The notes beneath the pieces were generated by a model, which worked only from the letters and a program-made list of their open reading frames with translations, was not told the origin of the DNA and searched no databases. A DNA stretch of 61,520 nt, the filler included. It is 7 parts of 7 records of this genome, joined end to end, with 100 filler letters (N's around TTAATTAATTAA, not from the genome) between each part and the next. Parts side by side here need not be neighbours in the genome. Positions count along the whole stretch, not along the records: positions 31,984 to 47,654 come from SRR2962707_5313; 6 more parts are not named here. One strand, written 5' to 3'. Position numbers and translations under genes: made by a program. Positions 31,984 through 45,400 of the stretch are shown one piece after another. Numbering within the stretch: position 1 is the first letter of the stretch; every line of letters begins with the position of its first letter.

Positions 31984-33443
31984 TCGCTTCGCGCCCTCAA
32001 CCTCGCTGCGGTGCCCAATGGTCTCCTCCTCACCCTCCCTGCTATCGCTTGTGGTCGTGACGTCATTGCTTTTCTACAGGGTACCGTTTTCCACCGGTCA
32101 AAATGACCATAACATTATAACATTCATCTTCATTTGGATTTTACCGGTATTAACCGGTGAATTTGCATGCAGGACGTCCAGCTGCTGGTGCTGGTGGTCC
32201 CGAGAGCGTAAGACCAATGCACTATCACCCGCGTCGCGTGGGGCTGGCGCCTTCAACTAAGCGGCTGTCCTTCCATTCTCTGGCTGTTCAGTCAGCTCAG
32301 CTTCATCACCACGCAGAATGGGAGCTGCTGGTTCCAACAACGGCCGCGCACTCACGCGCACACACGCACGCCCTCACAGTCAGTCACAGTTGCAGAGAGT
32401 GTAGAAGTTCATCATTCGTACTCAGCACTCAGACGCGCGTTGCTGCAGTGCTGTTGCTCTTCCGAGCCGTGCGACTGGCGTGAAGCGTTCCTCCTTTCGT
32501 CGGCGTGCTCCTGGAACTTACGTGGCTTGCTCGGAAGGCTCCTCGTAAGAGTCGTGCTTGGTGGCGCTCGATGCGCTACAATGGAGTAAGAGGGACTTGT
32601 TCATACCCTGAAAGAGACCCGAGTTCCTTCCTGAGGGCAGGCGGGAGCTACCTGTTCCTCGTCTTAGGGAGAGACAGACAGAGAAAGCGACAGAAGGAGA
32701 TCGGGAGAGATCGAGATCGAGACACAAAAGAGTCGTCCTGACTGGCTGACGACCGTCCAGCTCCAGCAGTCAGCGTTGGCGTCCTGTGAAAGCGAGATTG
32801 TTCCCGTTGCGTGGCGTTGCGAAGGAGTTCGCCTTCCTGAGCCAGCCTCTCGTTCTGTCGCGTCGCTGCAGCTTCTGTGGGTTTCGAACCTCCTTTTTGG
32901 CTCCGAGTTCCTGCCAACCCTTGAGCTCACTGAAGTTCCGTCCTCTAGACCTTCCGACCTCTTGTGGTTGCGACAACAACAGCTCTTTCAACACACGTCG
33001 TTCGTCGACCTGTCATCCCGTCCTCTCCCAACCATGGAGACTGTGCGAAGTTGGTGAACAACCGGTATCACTGCGAAGTTTCGGCTTCTTACACTTGTCC
33101 TGGCCTATATTACATTGTTGAAAGCTTTGACTCGTGATCTGGCAAACAACATAGAAAGGTGGCGGTGCATCGCTTGTGCAACACACTTGAGGTGTTGCAA
33201 CACCGACAGCGCTGACTTGTGCGCCAACCCACTCAAAGAAGCGGTGAATGAATCCGCCACCACAAGGTATCCTTCTCTGTGTTTCAGTTTAGGCAAAGAA
33301 AAAGAAAAAGGCGACTGGTGGACTTGCAGGCGAATTGCCTTGCCTGTGTCTTGGTCTTGAAGCGGAAGAACGCAAGCCGTCAAGCCGTCAAGCGGCAAAG
33401 AGCAAAACAATCTGATGGATCAGTAAATAAGGTGGACCGAACA

Positions 33444-36400
33444 ATGACTCTCCAGGCAATGGTCGTCCTTGTTGCCTGCTGTGCAAGCGCAGCCGCGGCG
33501 GGGTCCCTATTTGTCGACACTGTGCCTAAGGTTGACACCTGTGGCGTTTGTGATGGGATGGACATGAGCTGTGTCGAGTGCACGTCATTCATTGACTGCA
33601 ACGGTGCGTGCGGTGGCTCCGCACTCGTCGACGACTGTGGCATTTGTGGGGGAGACAGTGCCTCCTGCACAGGGTGTCTCGATCCCGAAGCTTGCAATTT
33701 GAATGTTTATGCAACGATTGACGACCGAAGTGTCTGCACGTACGGAAGTTTGGACAGCAAGTGCGTACTTCTTTCGTTCCTGCCGCGCCGCTTTTGAAAA
33801 GTTGAAAAAGTGCCATTGTGGGAATATGACATAACCACCGTTTTATGCACATTGCCAGGTTATTTGACTGCTGGGGGAACTGCATTGACGGGTATGACTG
33901 CAACGGAGACTGCGGTGGAACAGCAGTGGTGGATGAATGCGGCGTCTGCGGCGCCGATGGAGCCAGCTGCGTTTCGGGTTTTTGCAGTACTGGAGCAGTT
34001 GACTGCGCAGGAACCTGCGGGGGAACGCTTGAGCTTGACGATTGCGGAGTTTGTGGCGGAGATCGCAGCACGTGCACGGGGTGCAAGGATTCGCGTGCGT
34101 GCAACTACTTTCCCACTGCGAGTTTCTACGGACCATGTGTCTATCCGATTGCAGACGGCCAATCCTGCACGGGCGGGTGCATCCTTGGGTATGAGGCTGA
34201 CTGCACGGGGACATGCGGAGGCTCCAAAACTGTCGACGCGTGTGGCGTCTGCGGTGGAGTTGGCGATACTTGCTTCTCGTGCCCGGATTCAACAGCTTGC
34301 AATTTTGATGCACAAATGTACAATCCGCCAAAGAGTAGCATTTGCACTTTCCCTACAAACAATTTCGATTGTAATGGGAATTGCGTCGCTGGAACTGACT
34401 GCCGAGGAAAATGTGGCGGGTCTCTGGTGGACGACGCGTGCGGTGTTTGTGGTGGAGACAGCGCGGATTGCTCAGGTTGCCACGATCCGGATGCTTGTAA
34501 CTACGCTCCACTGACACTTGTGTCCGATGAATCTCTGTGCACTTATGGCCGCGCTTCAACGCCGGCTTGCCTTGAGAATGACTCCTGCCTCGAATACTGT
34601 GATGGAGATGGCACTTGTGAATATTACTTTGTGTCCCTAGCAGCCGCCACGGAAAATAGTGTGCTTGACTGCTGGGGTAACTGCAACTTGGAGTTCGATT
34701 GCGCCGGAATTTGTGGTGGCAGTACCGTCATGGATGTATGTGGGGTGTGCGGTGGCACAGGAGGGTTTGATTGTGCTGGCGCGTGTGGAGGGTCGGCCGT
34801 ACTTGACGCTTGTGGCATTTGCAATGGTGACAGCACCAAGTGTGTGGGGTGCATGGACACAGCTGCTTGTAATTTCATGGAGGCAGCCCTCATCCACGAC
34901 GAAGACGAGTGCATTTTCTCGTTATTGTTCAAGACTTGCGAAGAATTTTGCAGCAAAGTCACAGACTACGAATACCCTTACGATTGCTATGGGACATGTG
35001 TTGCAGACCTTGACTGTCTCGGAGCGTGTGGTGGGCCTGCACTGTATGATTGGTGTGGCATCTGTGATGGAAAGAACAAGTTTATCGATTGCAACGGTGA
35101 TTGCGCGGGCATTGCCGTGTACGATGAGTGTGGTGTGTGTGGAGGAGACGGCAGCATATGTGCTGGATGCCCAGACAGCCAGGCGTGCAACTACAACGCC
35201 CTTTCAACGCAAGATGGGACCACTGGTTGCGAATACGTCGAAACAGGCTTCGACTGCTTTGGAACGTGCCAAACAACCTTAGACTGCAATGCAACCTGTG
35301 GGGGGAAACTGGAATTGAATAGCTGCGGAGTGTGTGCTGCCTCAGAAGACTCGTGTGCTGACGACTACTGTGACCGTGGTTTTCCTGATTGTGAGGGCAC
35401 GTGTGGTGGCTCAACAAAAGTCGACGACTGCGGCGTATGCGGGGGCGACTCGAGCTCCTGCATCGGTTGCACCGACAGCAATGCGTGCAACTTTAACGCA
35501 GACGCTATTCTAGACGCAAAATGCTGGTATGCAACAGACCACTACGATTGCTATGGGGAATGTTTGGCCTACGACTGCACCGGCGAGTGTGGGGGCATCG
35601 TTAAAGTTGATGGCTGTGGGATTTGTGGGGGCAAAGGCAAGTTCCGTGACTGTGCCGGCACCTGCCTCGGCACGGCTGTCGAGGACGTGTGCGGCGTGTG
35701 CGGAGGCGATGAGTCCTCGTGCGTTGGGTGCAAAGACAGCGGCGCATGCAACTACTTCAAGGAAGCCACGATTAGTAATCCACTGTTGTGTTGGTATCCT
35801 TCATCTTCCCTTTACAACTGTTTCGGCAACTGCGCTGTGGAAAAGGACTGCAAAGGAAATTGCGGCGGAACCCAAACGAACGATTTATGTGGAGTTTGTG
35901 GTGGGGACAACACGGCGTGTCTTGGGTGCACGGACACCAATGCGTGCAACTACGAGAAGGCTGCTGTAATTTTGGACGACTCATGCACTTACCGCGAATC
36001 CGACATTGTTGATTGCTTTGGGAATTGTGCATTTGACAACGATTGCTTGGGCGTTTGTGCAGGCACTACTACGGCCGACGAGTGCGGTATTTGTGGTGGC
36101 GATGGAAGCTGCTGTCGCGGCCAGTCAAGCCCCGGCACGTTCTACGGTCTTTCAGCAAGCAAAGACTCCTTGTGTGACTACACTGACGACCTTGGTGTCT
36201 GCTATAGCTATCAGAAAACTCCGGCCACGGCCGAAGTAGCCCAGGCAATCTGCGCCAAGAAGGGCGGAAACGTCGCAACTCCATCAAATCAGTTGACACT
36301 CCTCCAGCTAAACACCATAGCTCGCACAAAGTATAGCCTGCCGTCCAAGAGCGGACTCTGGGTTGGCTTGACTGCTACAGGAAATTGCAAGTGGTCTGCC

Positions 36401-39400
36401 CAAGATGGCGAATCGTTTAGTCTGATTTGGACGGCAACCGAACCTAATGGCTGCGCTTTCTGCACAACTGAATACCAGACAACTGGCGAATGCTGTGCTG
36501 AAATCATTGGAACTCACACGTTAAATGACATCAGTTGCGGGAAGGAGTTCAACTACTATTGCGAAACATACCCATTTGACGACGAATGCGACTACATTGC
36601 TGATGGCGTTTGTTACACGTATATGAAGGCCGACACGTCGATTGCCCTCGCACAAACAGCTTGTGAAGCAATGGGCGGAGATGTTGCGTACACCAATGAT
36701 CCAGATGTTTTGACAGAGTTAAACAGTGTGGTCCTCAAAACTTATGGGCACGACGCGACGTGGTGGCTTGGCATCAATGCGCAAGCTAACGACTGCGCTT
36801 GGGCGGCGCTGGATGGAAACCCGATCACACGCTACAATTGGAACTCGGGTGAGCCAAACGGCTGCAGCTCATGCGAAGGAGTGTTCATGGAAGATGGCGA
36901 GTGTTGTGCCCATGTGTACACTTCCGGTGCATGGAACGATGCAACCTGCGGCAACTCGTACACATACTTTTGTGAACGCACGTTTTTCGTCGAGGATGAC
37001 TTTTGCGAACCAGCTCCCAAGTCTTGCGATCTCTACCTTGATGGCATGTGCTACACACTGGTTCCCGAAAAAGCGACAATGGATGGTGCCGAGGCACACT
37101 GCGAAGCCATGGGAGGTCATGTTGCATACTCGGCTGACTCAAGTGTATTGGGCGCACTCAATGACTTTGCTGTGGCGGAAGGTGTCACGGGCACGTGGTG
37201 GCTCGGAATTGATGGAGAAGGAAATTGTGGATGGAATCCGCTTGACGGCCAGATGTATGCCTACTCGGCTTGGAAGTCTGGCGAGCCGAACGGTTGTTCA
37301 TCTTGCTCTGGATCTTTTCAAACATCGGGCGAGTGTTGCGCACACGTCTACACGACGGGTTTGTGGAACGACGTTACCTGTGGCAACAAATATGCATACT
37401 TTTGTTCGGTGAAGGTCTGCGATGCGGTCAAGGACTGTGACTATGTCGATGCAGATGGAACGTGCTATGTGTTTCACACGCAGCGGCATACTCTCCAAGA
37501 AGCAGAAGCCATTTGCAACGTAGAGGGTGGATCCGTTGCCCTGCCATCGTCGGAACAAGACTCTTTGTTGCTCAATGACGTGGCAGTTGATGACTACTCT
37601 GTCACCAGCACATGGTGGCTTGGAATCAATGCACGCAAGGCAGACTGTGGGTTTTACACGCTGAATAGCAATCAACAAGAATTTTCGTACGAAAATTGGA
37701 ACACCGGCGAGCCGAACGGATGTTCAAGCTGTTATGGTGCGTTTAACACTGCTGGCGAATGCTGTTCTCATGTGTACACCACCGGCACATGGAACGATAT
37801 TAGTTGTGGAGGGCAATATTCCTTCTTCTGCGAATACCCCGATGCTCTTGCTGCTGCGAGCTGTGATATTGAAGATGGTGACTTGTGCTATAAGTTTCGA
37901 AACGAACCGAAAACACTGCAAGAAGCCGTGGCCGATTGCCGCTCCATGAATGGAGTTGTAGCAACTCCTGCAGACAAAGGCGAATTGGCAACCCTGAACG
38001 CTGTTGTATCGTTCTTGAAGTACAACAAGACGTGGTGGCTCGGAATAAATGCGCGTGCCCAAGAGTGTGGCTTCACTGTGTTGGATGGCAGTGACCTGGC
38101 TTTTGCTAACTGGGCCAATGGGCAACCGTCCGGGTGCGACGAATGCGCCGGCGAATATAATACTGACGGCCAATGCTGTGCTCGGGTCAATGCCGACGAT
38201 ACATATGATGATGTTTCGTGCGGAAAAGAGCTTGCCTACTTTTGCGTCATTGACCAAGTTGCCACATCATGTGAGGATTCGTGCGGCGAAGTTTCACCCA
38301 GTGGGTTGTGTGGATGTGATTCTGCCTGCTACTCGCTCGGCGATTGTTGTCCTGATGTCAACCTTTACTGCGATTACGCCGACTCCTGCTATCTTCCTGA
38401 CGGAACACGAACAGACAGTTGCTGCTTCGACGGCATTTTGAATGGCCAAGAAACGGGCGTGGACTGTGGAGGCACTTGTGGCCAAGCGTGCGACGATTGC
38501 TTCTCGTGCGAAGTTTTGGACTGCTTTGGGGTGTGCTATTCAGCAGATGATGCAGCAAGTGCTGCGGTGAAGGATGACTGCGGTGTCTGTGGCGGTGATA
38601 GTACCTCCTGCATAGGCTGTATGGACACAAGCGCATGCAACTACAACAAGTACGCTCTCCTCAGCGACGAGGGAAATTGTACATATGTGGAAAATGAGTT
38701 GTATGACTGCTTCGGAAACTGTGCTGACCTCGATTGCCTCGGCGAATGTGGAGGAAATGCTGTCAAGGATGCCTGCGGGATATGCGAAGGTTACTCCAAC
38801 ACGTGCGACGGCTGTACCGATGAAGTTGCCTGCAACTTCGATGACTCGGCGTTTTTCGACGATGGTACGTGCACTTACCCGAAATCAAAAATCGTTGATT
38901 GCTTCGGCAACTGCTTAGTGGATCTTGATTGTGCCGGGAAATGTGGAGGAACCCTGGAAATTGATTCCTGCAATATTTGCGGTGGTTTGGATGAGTCTAT
39001 CGACTGCAACGGCTTGTGCAGCGGAACAGCCGAGGTCGACTTGTGCGGGGTTTGCGGGGGCGACACTTCGTCCTGCGTTGGCTGCATGAAGACTGGCGCC
39101 TGCAACTACGATAAGTCTGCAACATACAGCGATGGCTCATGTTTCTTTGCTGGAGACTTTGATTGCAACGGGTTGTGTCAAGTTGGCAAAGATTGCGATG
39201 GACTTTGTGGGGGCTGGAAAGTCGTTGATGAGTGTGGTGTTTGCGGAGGCTTTGGTGCTTCCTGCACAAACTGCACCGGAACGCTGGATTGTGCCGGCGA
39301 GTGCGATGGTTCTCACGTAGTTGATGACTGCGGCGTGTGCGGTAAGACCGGGTTTGACAATTGGGGCCTGAAAAACTGCGACACTTTGTGCTCTGATGCC

Positions 39401-42400
39401 GATTGCTTTGGCGTTTGTGGCGGCTCCGATGCAGTTGACTCTTGCGACGTTTGCAGCGGCAACGGCGCTACTTGCGCAACCGCTCCGTTTTGCGACGACA
39501 CAGGCGACGTTGTCGGTTGTGATGGGAAATGCAACAGTGGCCTTGACTACGATGCTTGCTCTGTTTGCGGTGGAGACAGTACGTCTTGTGCAGGTTGCTC
39601 TGACACCTCCGCGTGCAATTACGACGCAGACCGCCTACTTGATGATGATGACGTCTGCACGTTCTCTAAAACCAATTACAACTGCGCTGGCGTGTGCGCG
39701 GTAACGATTGACTGCGCTGGCAAGTGCGGTGGTTCTGCAAAAAAAGATAACTGTGGTGTTTGTGGTGGTGGTGGTGCTTCAATGGATTGTAATGGTCTAT
39801 GCAGCGGTAGCGCCGAAGAAGACGAGTGCGGAGTCTGTGACGGAACGGGAGCTTCTTGCACCGTGTACGGTTGCACAGACTCAAGCGCCTGCAATTTTGA
39901 TGCAGACGCTGAAAAGCTCGATGACAGCTGTTGGTATGCAGTAGATGAATATGGACCGAATACAGATTGCTTTGGCAATTGCGACAGCAGTCTCGATTGC
40001 GCCGGAGTTTGTGGAGGCTCTGCAGTGAAAGACATTTGCGGCGTTTGCGCTGGTAATAGCGCCAATGTCGATTGTGCTGGAAACTGTTTTGGAACCGCTG
40101 AGACTGATGCGTGTGATGTTTGTGGCGGAGACAGTTCAGCATGCGTCGACTGCTCAACTGCAGACTGTGCTGGGGTGTGCGACGGAACGCACGTTTGGGA
40201 CGAGTCCTGCACGCCGGCTGTGTGTGTTGATTCAAGCAGCTCGGCAAAAGACTGCCTTGGCGTTTGTTTTGGCAAAGCAAAAGAGGATATCTGCGGGGTT
40301 TGCGAAGGAGATACGTCCACGTGTATCGGATGCTTGGACACCAGTGCATGCAACTACAACGTCAACATGACCACGCAGGGAGGCTTCCCGACCGATGCAG
40401 ACGATGACCTTGTTTTTTACGTGGATGCGTGGGGAGCAACTGGCATGCCTGCAATTGGGGATATTTGGCCCAACATTGCCAAACCTAATTTAGGCAAATT
40501 TATGAAATGGACCCAGGTTAATGGCGAGGATATTGGCACGCTGGTCGTCCAGGAAGAACCTGGGGCTGACTCATACGTGACTTTGGGTGATTTTACCTTC
40601 GGCAAGATTGGCGATGGAGTTGACAACGTGGATTTTGCATACATGGTGTCTGATGTGACATCATTCCCAACGGGTGATAGCGCCTTTACTTGGGAATTTG
40701 CGTATGCGCATGGCATGAGTTCGGGCGAGACGGAGTACCTGTTTTCGTACGGAAATGGTTACGCAGGCAAAGATAACAGTGTGTACATATCAAACACAAG
40801 CTATCTATGCCACTCGTTTGGATGCTCAGACGTAAGTACGGTGCTATCTACTTCTGCTTTGGCCGTCAATGTGTGGGTTGTGACGTACGATGCGGCTTCA
40901 ACGCTTGAATTTTATCTTAATGGCCAACTGGTGGACACAGTGTCGACTTATGCAACGTGGGATGTAACTCATCTTGACGGCAAACAGTTCGTGATTGGGG
41001 GTGGAACAACAGACGTCACTAATGCCTGCCGCCGATCGTTTACAGGAGCACTGTACTATGTCCGCTTGTATGCAGAATACATGGATGAGGATACTGTTGC
41101 GGCACATTATTTAATGAGTGATTCGAGCGGCGACTTTAAGTACAGACAATCTCCACCTTGTGTGTACAAGTTTCCAACCCAGAGTTGCGCTGGGCGGTGT
41201 GCCGATGACGTTGAGCAAGACTGTGCGGGCGTTTGCGGCGGCTCGACTCGTGTTGATGGATGTGGAGTATGCGGCGGGGATGCTTTTACGTGCAGTGGCT
41301 GCACCAACCGCAAGGCTTGCAACTACGATAAGAATGCCATTGTAAGGGACGACACCCTTTGCACATTCCCGGAAACCAACTATGACTGTTTCGGTGCCTG
41401 CATCGCAGTGGACTGTTTCGGAATTTGCGGAGGATATGCGGTGGTCGATGAATGCGACGTTTGCAATGGATGGGGAGCGACGTGTTCAGAAGCGGAGTTT
41501 TGCCTGGATGGGACTGTTGATTGCGCTGGTGAATGTGACGGCAGTCACGTCAACGACGCATGCAAGGTGTGCGGCGGCGACAGCAGCGCGTGCAATTCCG
41601 ACTGCAAGAAATGGGATTGTTTTGGTGTGTGCGGTGGAAGCGCAGTAGTCGACGATTGCGGTGTTTGTGGTGGAAGTAGTGCAAGCTGCACGTTCCCATT
41701 TTGCCCTGACGGATCGGTGGACTGTGCGGGCGTTTGCGAGGGAAGCGCGGTCTTTGATGATTGTGAAGTGTGCGGAGGAGACAGTTTGAGTTGTGTGTAT
41801 CCGTACTGTGGCGATGGAACCGACGCGGACTGCTTTGGCTACTGTGGTGGATCCGCAGTTGAAGATGCTTGTGGTGTTTGTGACGGTGGAAGCCAAAGTT
41901 GTGGAGGCTGCATGGTGCCAACAGCGTGCGACTTTGATCCGGATGCTGACTTACAAGCTTCGTACCTTGTCGAAGAAACCTGCGAGGGTGACTTTGAAAG
42001 TTTTGGGGTGTGCTACACATTCCACCCCGAAGCTCGGAACGGAGCACAAGCTCAAGCCACTTGCGAAAGCCTTGGAGGAAATCTTGCTTATCCAAGCCGG
42101 GCCAAGCTCCAAGCTACTCTATTGGCCATTGCAGTCGATACGTACGGAGCGCAGGACTACTGGATTGGTCTATTTGATCGTGCTAAGTGTGCTTTTGAAG
42201 CCGCGAATATGGCCCCAGTTGTGTATACAAACTGGGCATCGAATTCACCAGGAGGCTGCAGTAAGTGTGCCAAGCGATTTCAATTGACACAACAGTGTTG
42301 CACTGTGGTGGACTCAGGTGGCGAGTGGGACGACGCCTCTTGCGAAGAGGAACGTCCATTTTTCTGCGAGAGAGGCCCTCGTGCTTTCTATTGCGATTAC

Positions 42401-45400
42401 CCAGAGCTTGGGCGAGATTGTAATGACAACTGCATCTGGGACTTTGACTGTGCTGGCACGTGTGGAGGATCAGCAGTGGAAGACAGCTGCGGTATTTGTG
42501 GAGGATCTGGTGTTTGCCCTGATTGTGACTTTGATTGCTTCGGCGAATGCGACGGTACAGCATACGCTGATGTATGCGGTATTTGCAACGGTGCTGGCGC
42601 GTCTTTAGACTGCAAAGGTTTATGTGGGGGCTCCACATTTTTTGATGCTTGTGGCGTTTGTGCGGGCGACAGCAGCGGTTGTTCGGGTTGCATGGATTCT
42701 TCCGCGTGCAATTTCGATGATACTGCCGTCGTTGATGATGAATCATGCACTTGGCCAATAAACGACGATACTGACTGCTTTGGAAACTGCATTGGCAACT
42801 ACGATTGCGACGGTGTATGTGGAGGAGGCGCAGTTCTTGACAACTGTGACGTTTGCGATGGAAAAGATAAATCTCTTGCTTGTGATGGCACTTGTTTTGG
42901 ATCGCTGAAAAATGATGCGTGTGGTGTATGCGGAGGGGATAGCAGTGACTGCACCGCGTGCACAAACACTGACGCTTGCAACTACGATGCGGATGCCATT
43001 ATCAACGATGACGATCTGTGCTCATACCCGCTGTCTGAAAACCACGACTGTTTTGACAACTGTCTTGGCGAAGTGGACTGTGACAATGAGTGCATGGGGT
43101 CTGCCAGTCTTGATGCATGTGATGTATGCGGCGGAGATTCGTCCAGTTGTGTGGGATGCATGGACTCTGCGGCGTGCAACTACGACAAGACAGCCACTTT
43201 GTCCAGCAACGCTTGCACATTTGCAAAGAAAAACTACAATTGCAAAGGCGTGTGCACAACAACCAAGGACTGCAAAGGCGTTTGTGGGGGTGTTTCGGCC
43301 GTGGACTCGTGCAATGTATGTGGCGGGTATGGTGCTTCGTGTGCGATAGACTTTTGCGCCACAGGAACTATCGATTGCGACGGGGAATGCGACGGCAGCG
43401 CAGTGGAGGACAGTTGCGGTGTTTGCGGAGGGGACAGTAGTGCATGCTCAGGCTGTGTTGACACAAGTGCATGCAACTTTGACAAGAGCGCTTCGGTATC
43501 GTCCGATACTTGCAGCTATGAGAACACCTTGTTCGACTGCGCTGGTGAATGCAAAGTTGATGTTGATTGTAAGAGTGTGTGCGGAGGTTCAAAAGCAATC
43601 GACTCCTGCGATATTTGCGGAGGAAACGGCGCAACTTGCGCCGAGGCTTTTTGTGCCGATGGTGTCATTGACTGCGATGGCTTTTGCGACGGTGGGCGTG
43701 TCGAAGACGACTGCGGTGTTTGTGACGGCGATTCCAGCACATGTTTGGGCTGCATGAGCAACGCTGCTTGCAACTACGATAAAAACGCTTTGATTCCAAA
43801 TTTCGCTTGCACGTACGCAGCCACCGGCTACAATTGTGCTGGGGTGTGCGTTGCTGGCCTTGATTGTGATGGTGCGTGTGGTGGAACCGCCGTAATTGAC
43901 GAATGCGATGTATGCGGTGGATTTGGGAGCTCTTGCGCAGAAGAGTTCTGTAGTGATGGAATCGTCGATTGCGCAGGTGAATGCGATGGGCCGAAAATGG
44001 TTGATGCATGTGGTGTTTGTGGAGGAGAGTCATCAATATGTACAGGTTGTCGCATCTCCTACGCGTGTAACTTTGATGACCAAGCAACGATTGCTGACAA
44101 CGACCTGTGCACTTTTCCTCCATCTGCTGGGGAAGCGTCAGAAGACTGTTACGGCAACTGCATTTGGAATCTTCAAACTCAAGAGAAGCTCGATGCATAC
44201 CACAGCGCTGACTTCACTCATAGCCCACCGAATGGATATGTGCCAGGCGACTGGAACGCTAGCGTCTTCACAACATGGTATCGCGACTGTGCTGGTACTT
44301 GCCGTGGAACGGCAGCAATTGACTCGTGCGATGTATGCGGCGGAAACGGCGCTACCTGCGCGACTGACTTTTGCAATAATGGCACTGTCGATTGCGCCGG
44401 AGTCTGCGACGGTGGGGCAGAATACGATACATGCGATGTCTGTGGCGGGAGTGGAACTGCATGTAATTGCTTATCAGGCAAATACGACTGTGATGGGCGC
44501 TGCGACGGTGATAGTGTCATTGATGAGTGCGGTGTGTGTGGTGGGTACGGCGCTTCATGCTACGCAGGCTTTTGTAAAACCGGCACTGTTGACTGCGCTG
44601 GTGAATGCGACGGAGGCGCGTCGGTTGATGTTTGCCAAGTCTGTGGAGGCACGGTTTCGGAGGCGAGTGATTGTAATTCAACATACTTCTGTATTGACTT
44701 CGACTCTGATGGTTCGTCGTATCATGATTGTTGGGGAGTTTGCTACGGCAATGCAACGACAGATAACTGCGGTGTTTGCGACGGTGATGGAAACACATGC
44801 AAATTTTGTGGAAATGTTGTGGATTGCAACAGCGTCTGTGGTGGCACTGCTGTCATTGACGTTTGCGGAGTATGCGACGGTGGGGTTTCAATGACTATGC
44901 TTGGCCAAGGAAATTGCACGGACTATTATTGTGATGATGTCGATTGCAGTGGTGAGTGTGGTGGTTCTGCACTCGTCGACACGTGCAACGTTTGCGGTGG
45001 TGACGGAAGCACGTGCATCTACTGCCCTGAAACTGTTGATTGCAAGGGTACTTGTGGTGGAACCGTCGAGGAGGATGCCTGCGGTGTCTGTGGTGGTTCG
45101 GTGGCTGACGAGGTCGATTGTGATTCCTATTCGTGCTCCAGTACGCTGGACTGCAACGGCGAATGTGATGGTTCAGCACTTGTCGACGATTGTGGAGTAT
45201 GCAATGGTGACACTGCATCATGCACCGTGGAGGCGTTTTGCGCAAGCGGTACAATTGATTGCGACGGTCAATGCAATGGTTCACACGAGGAAGATGCATG
45301 TGGTGTTTGCGGAGGGTCGGCAAGCTCCGACCTTGGCTGCAGCTTTGACTGCTGCTCATTTTTCGTGTTGGCTAATGACCATACTTTTGGCGATTCGGCT

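Noticed and set aside
31984-33443. Short ORFs upstream of the giant Cys-rich gene
   Set aside because: No consistent frame, motif or splice chain that I can support; includes GA-rich low-complexity sequence
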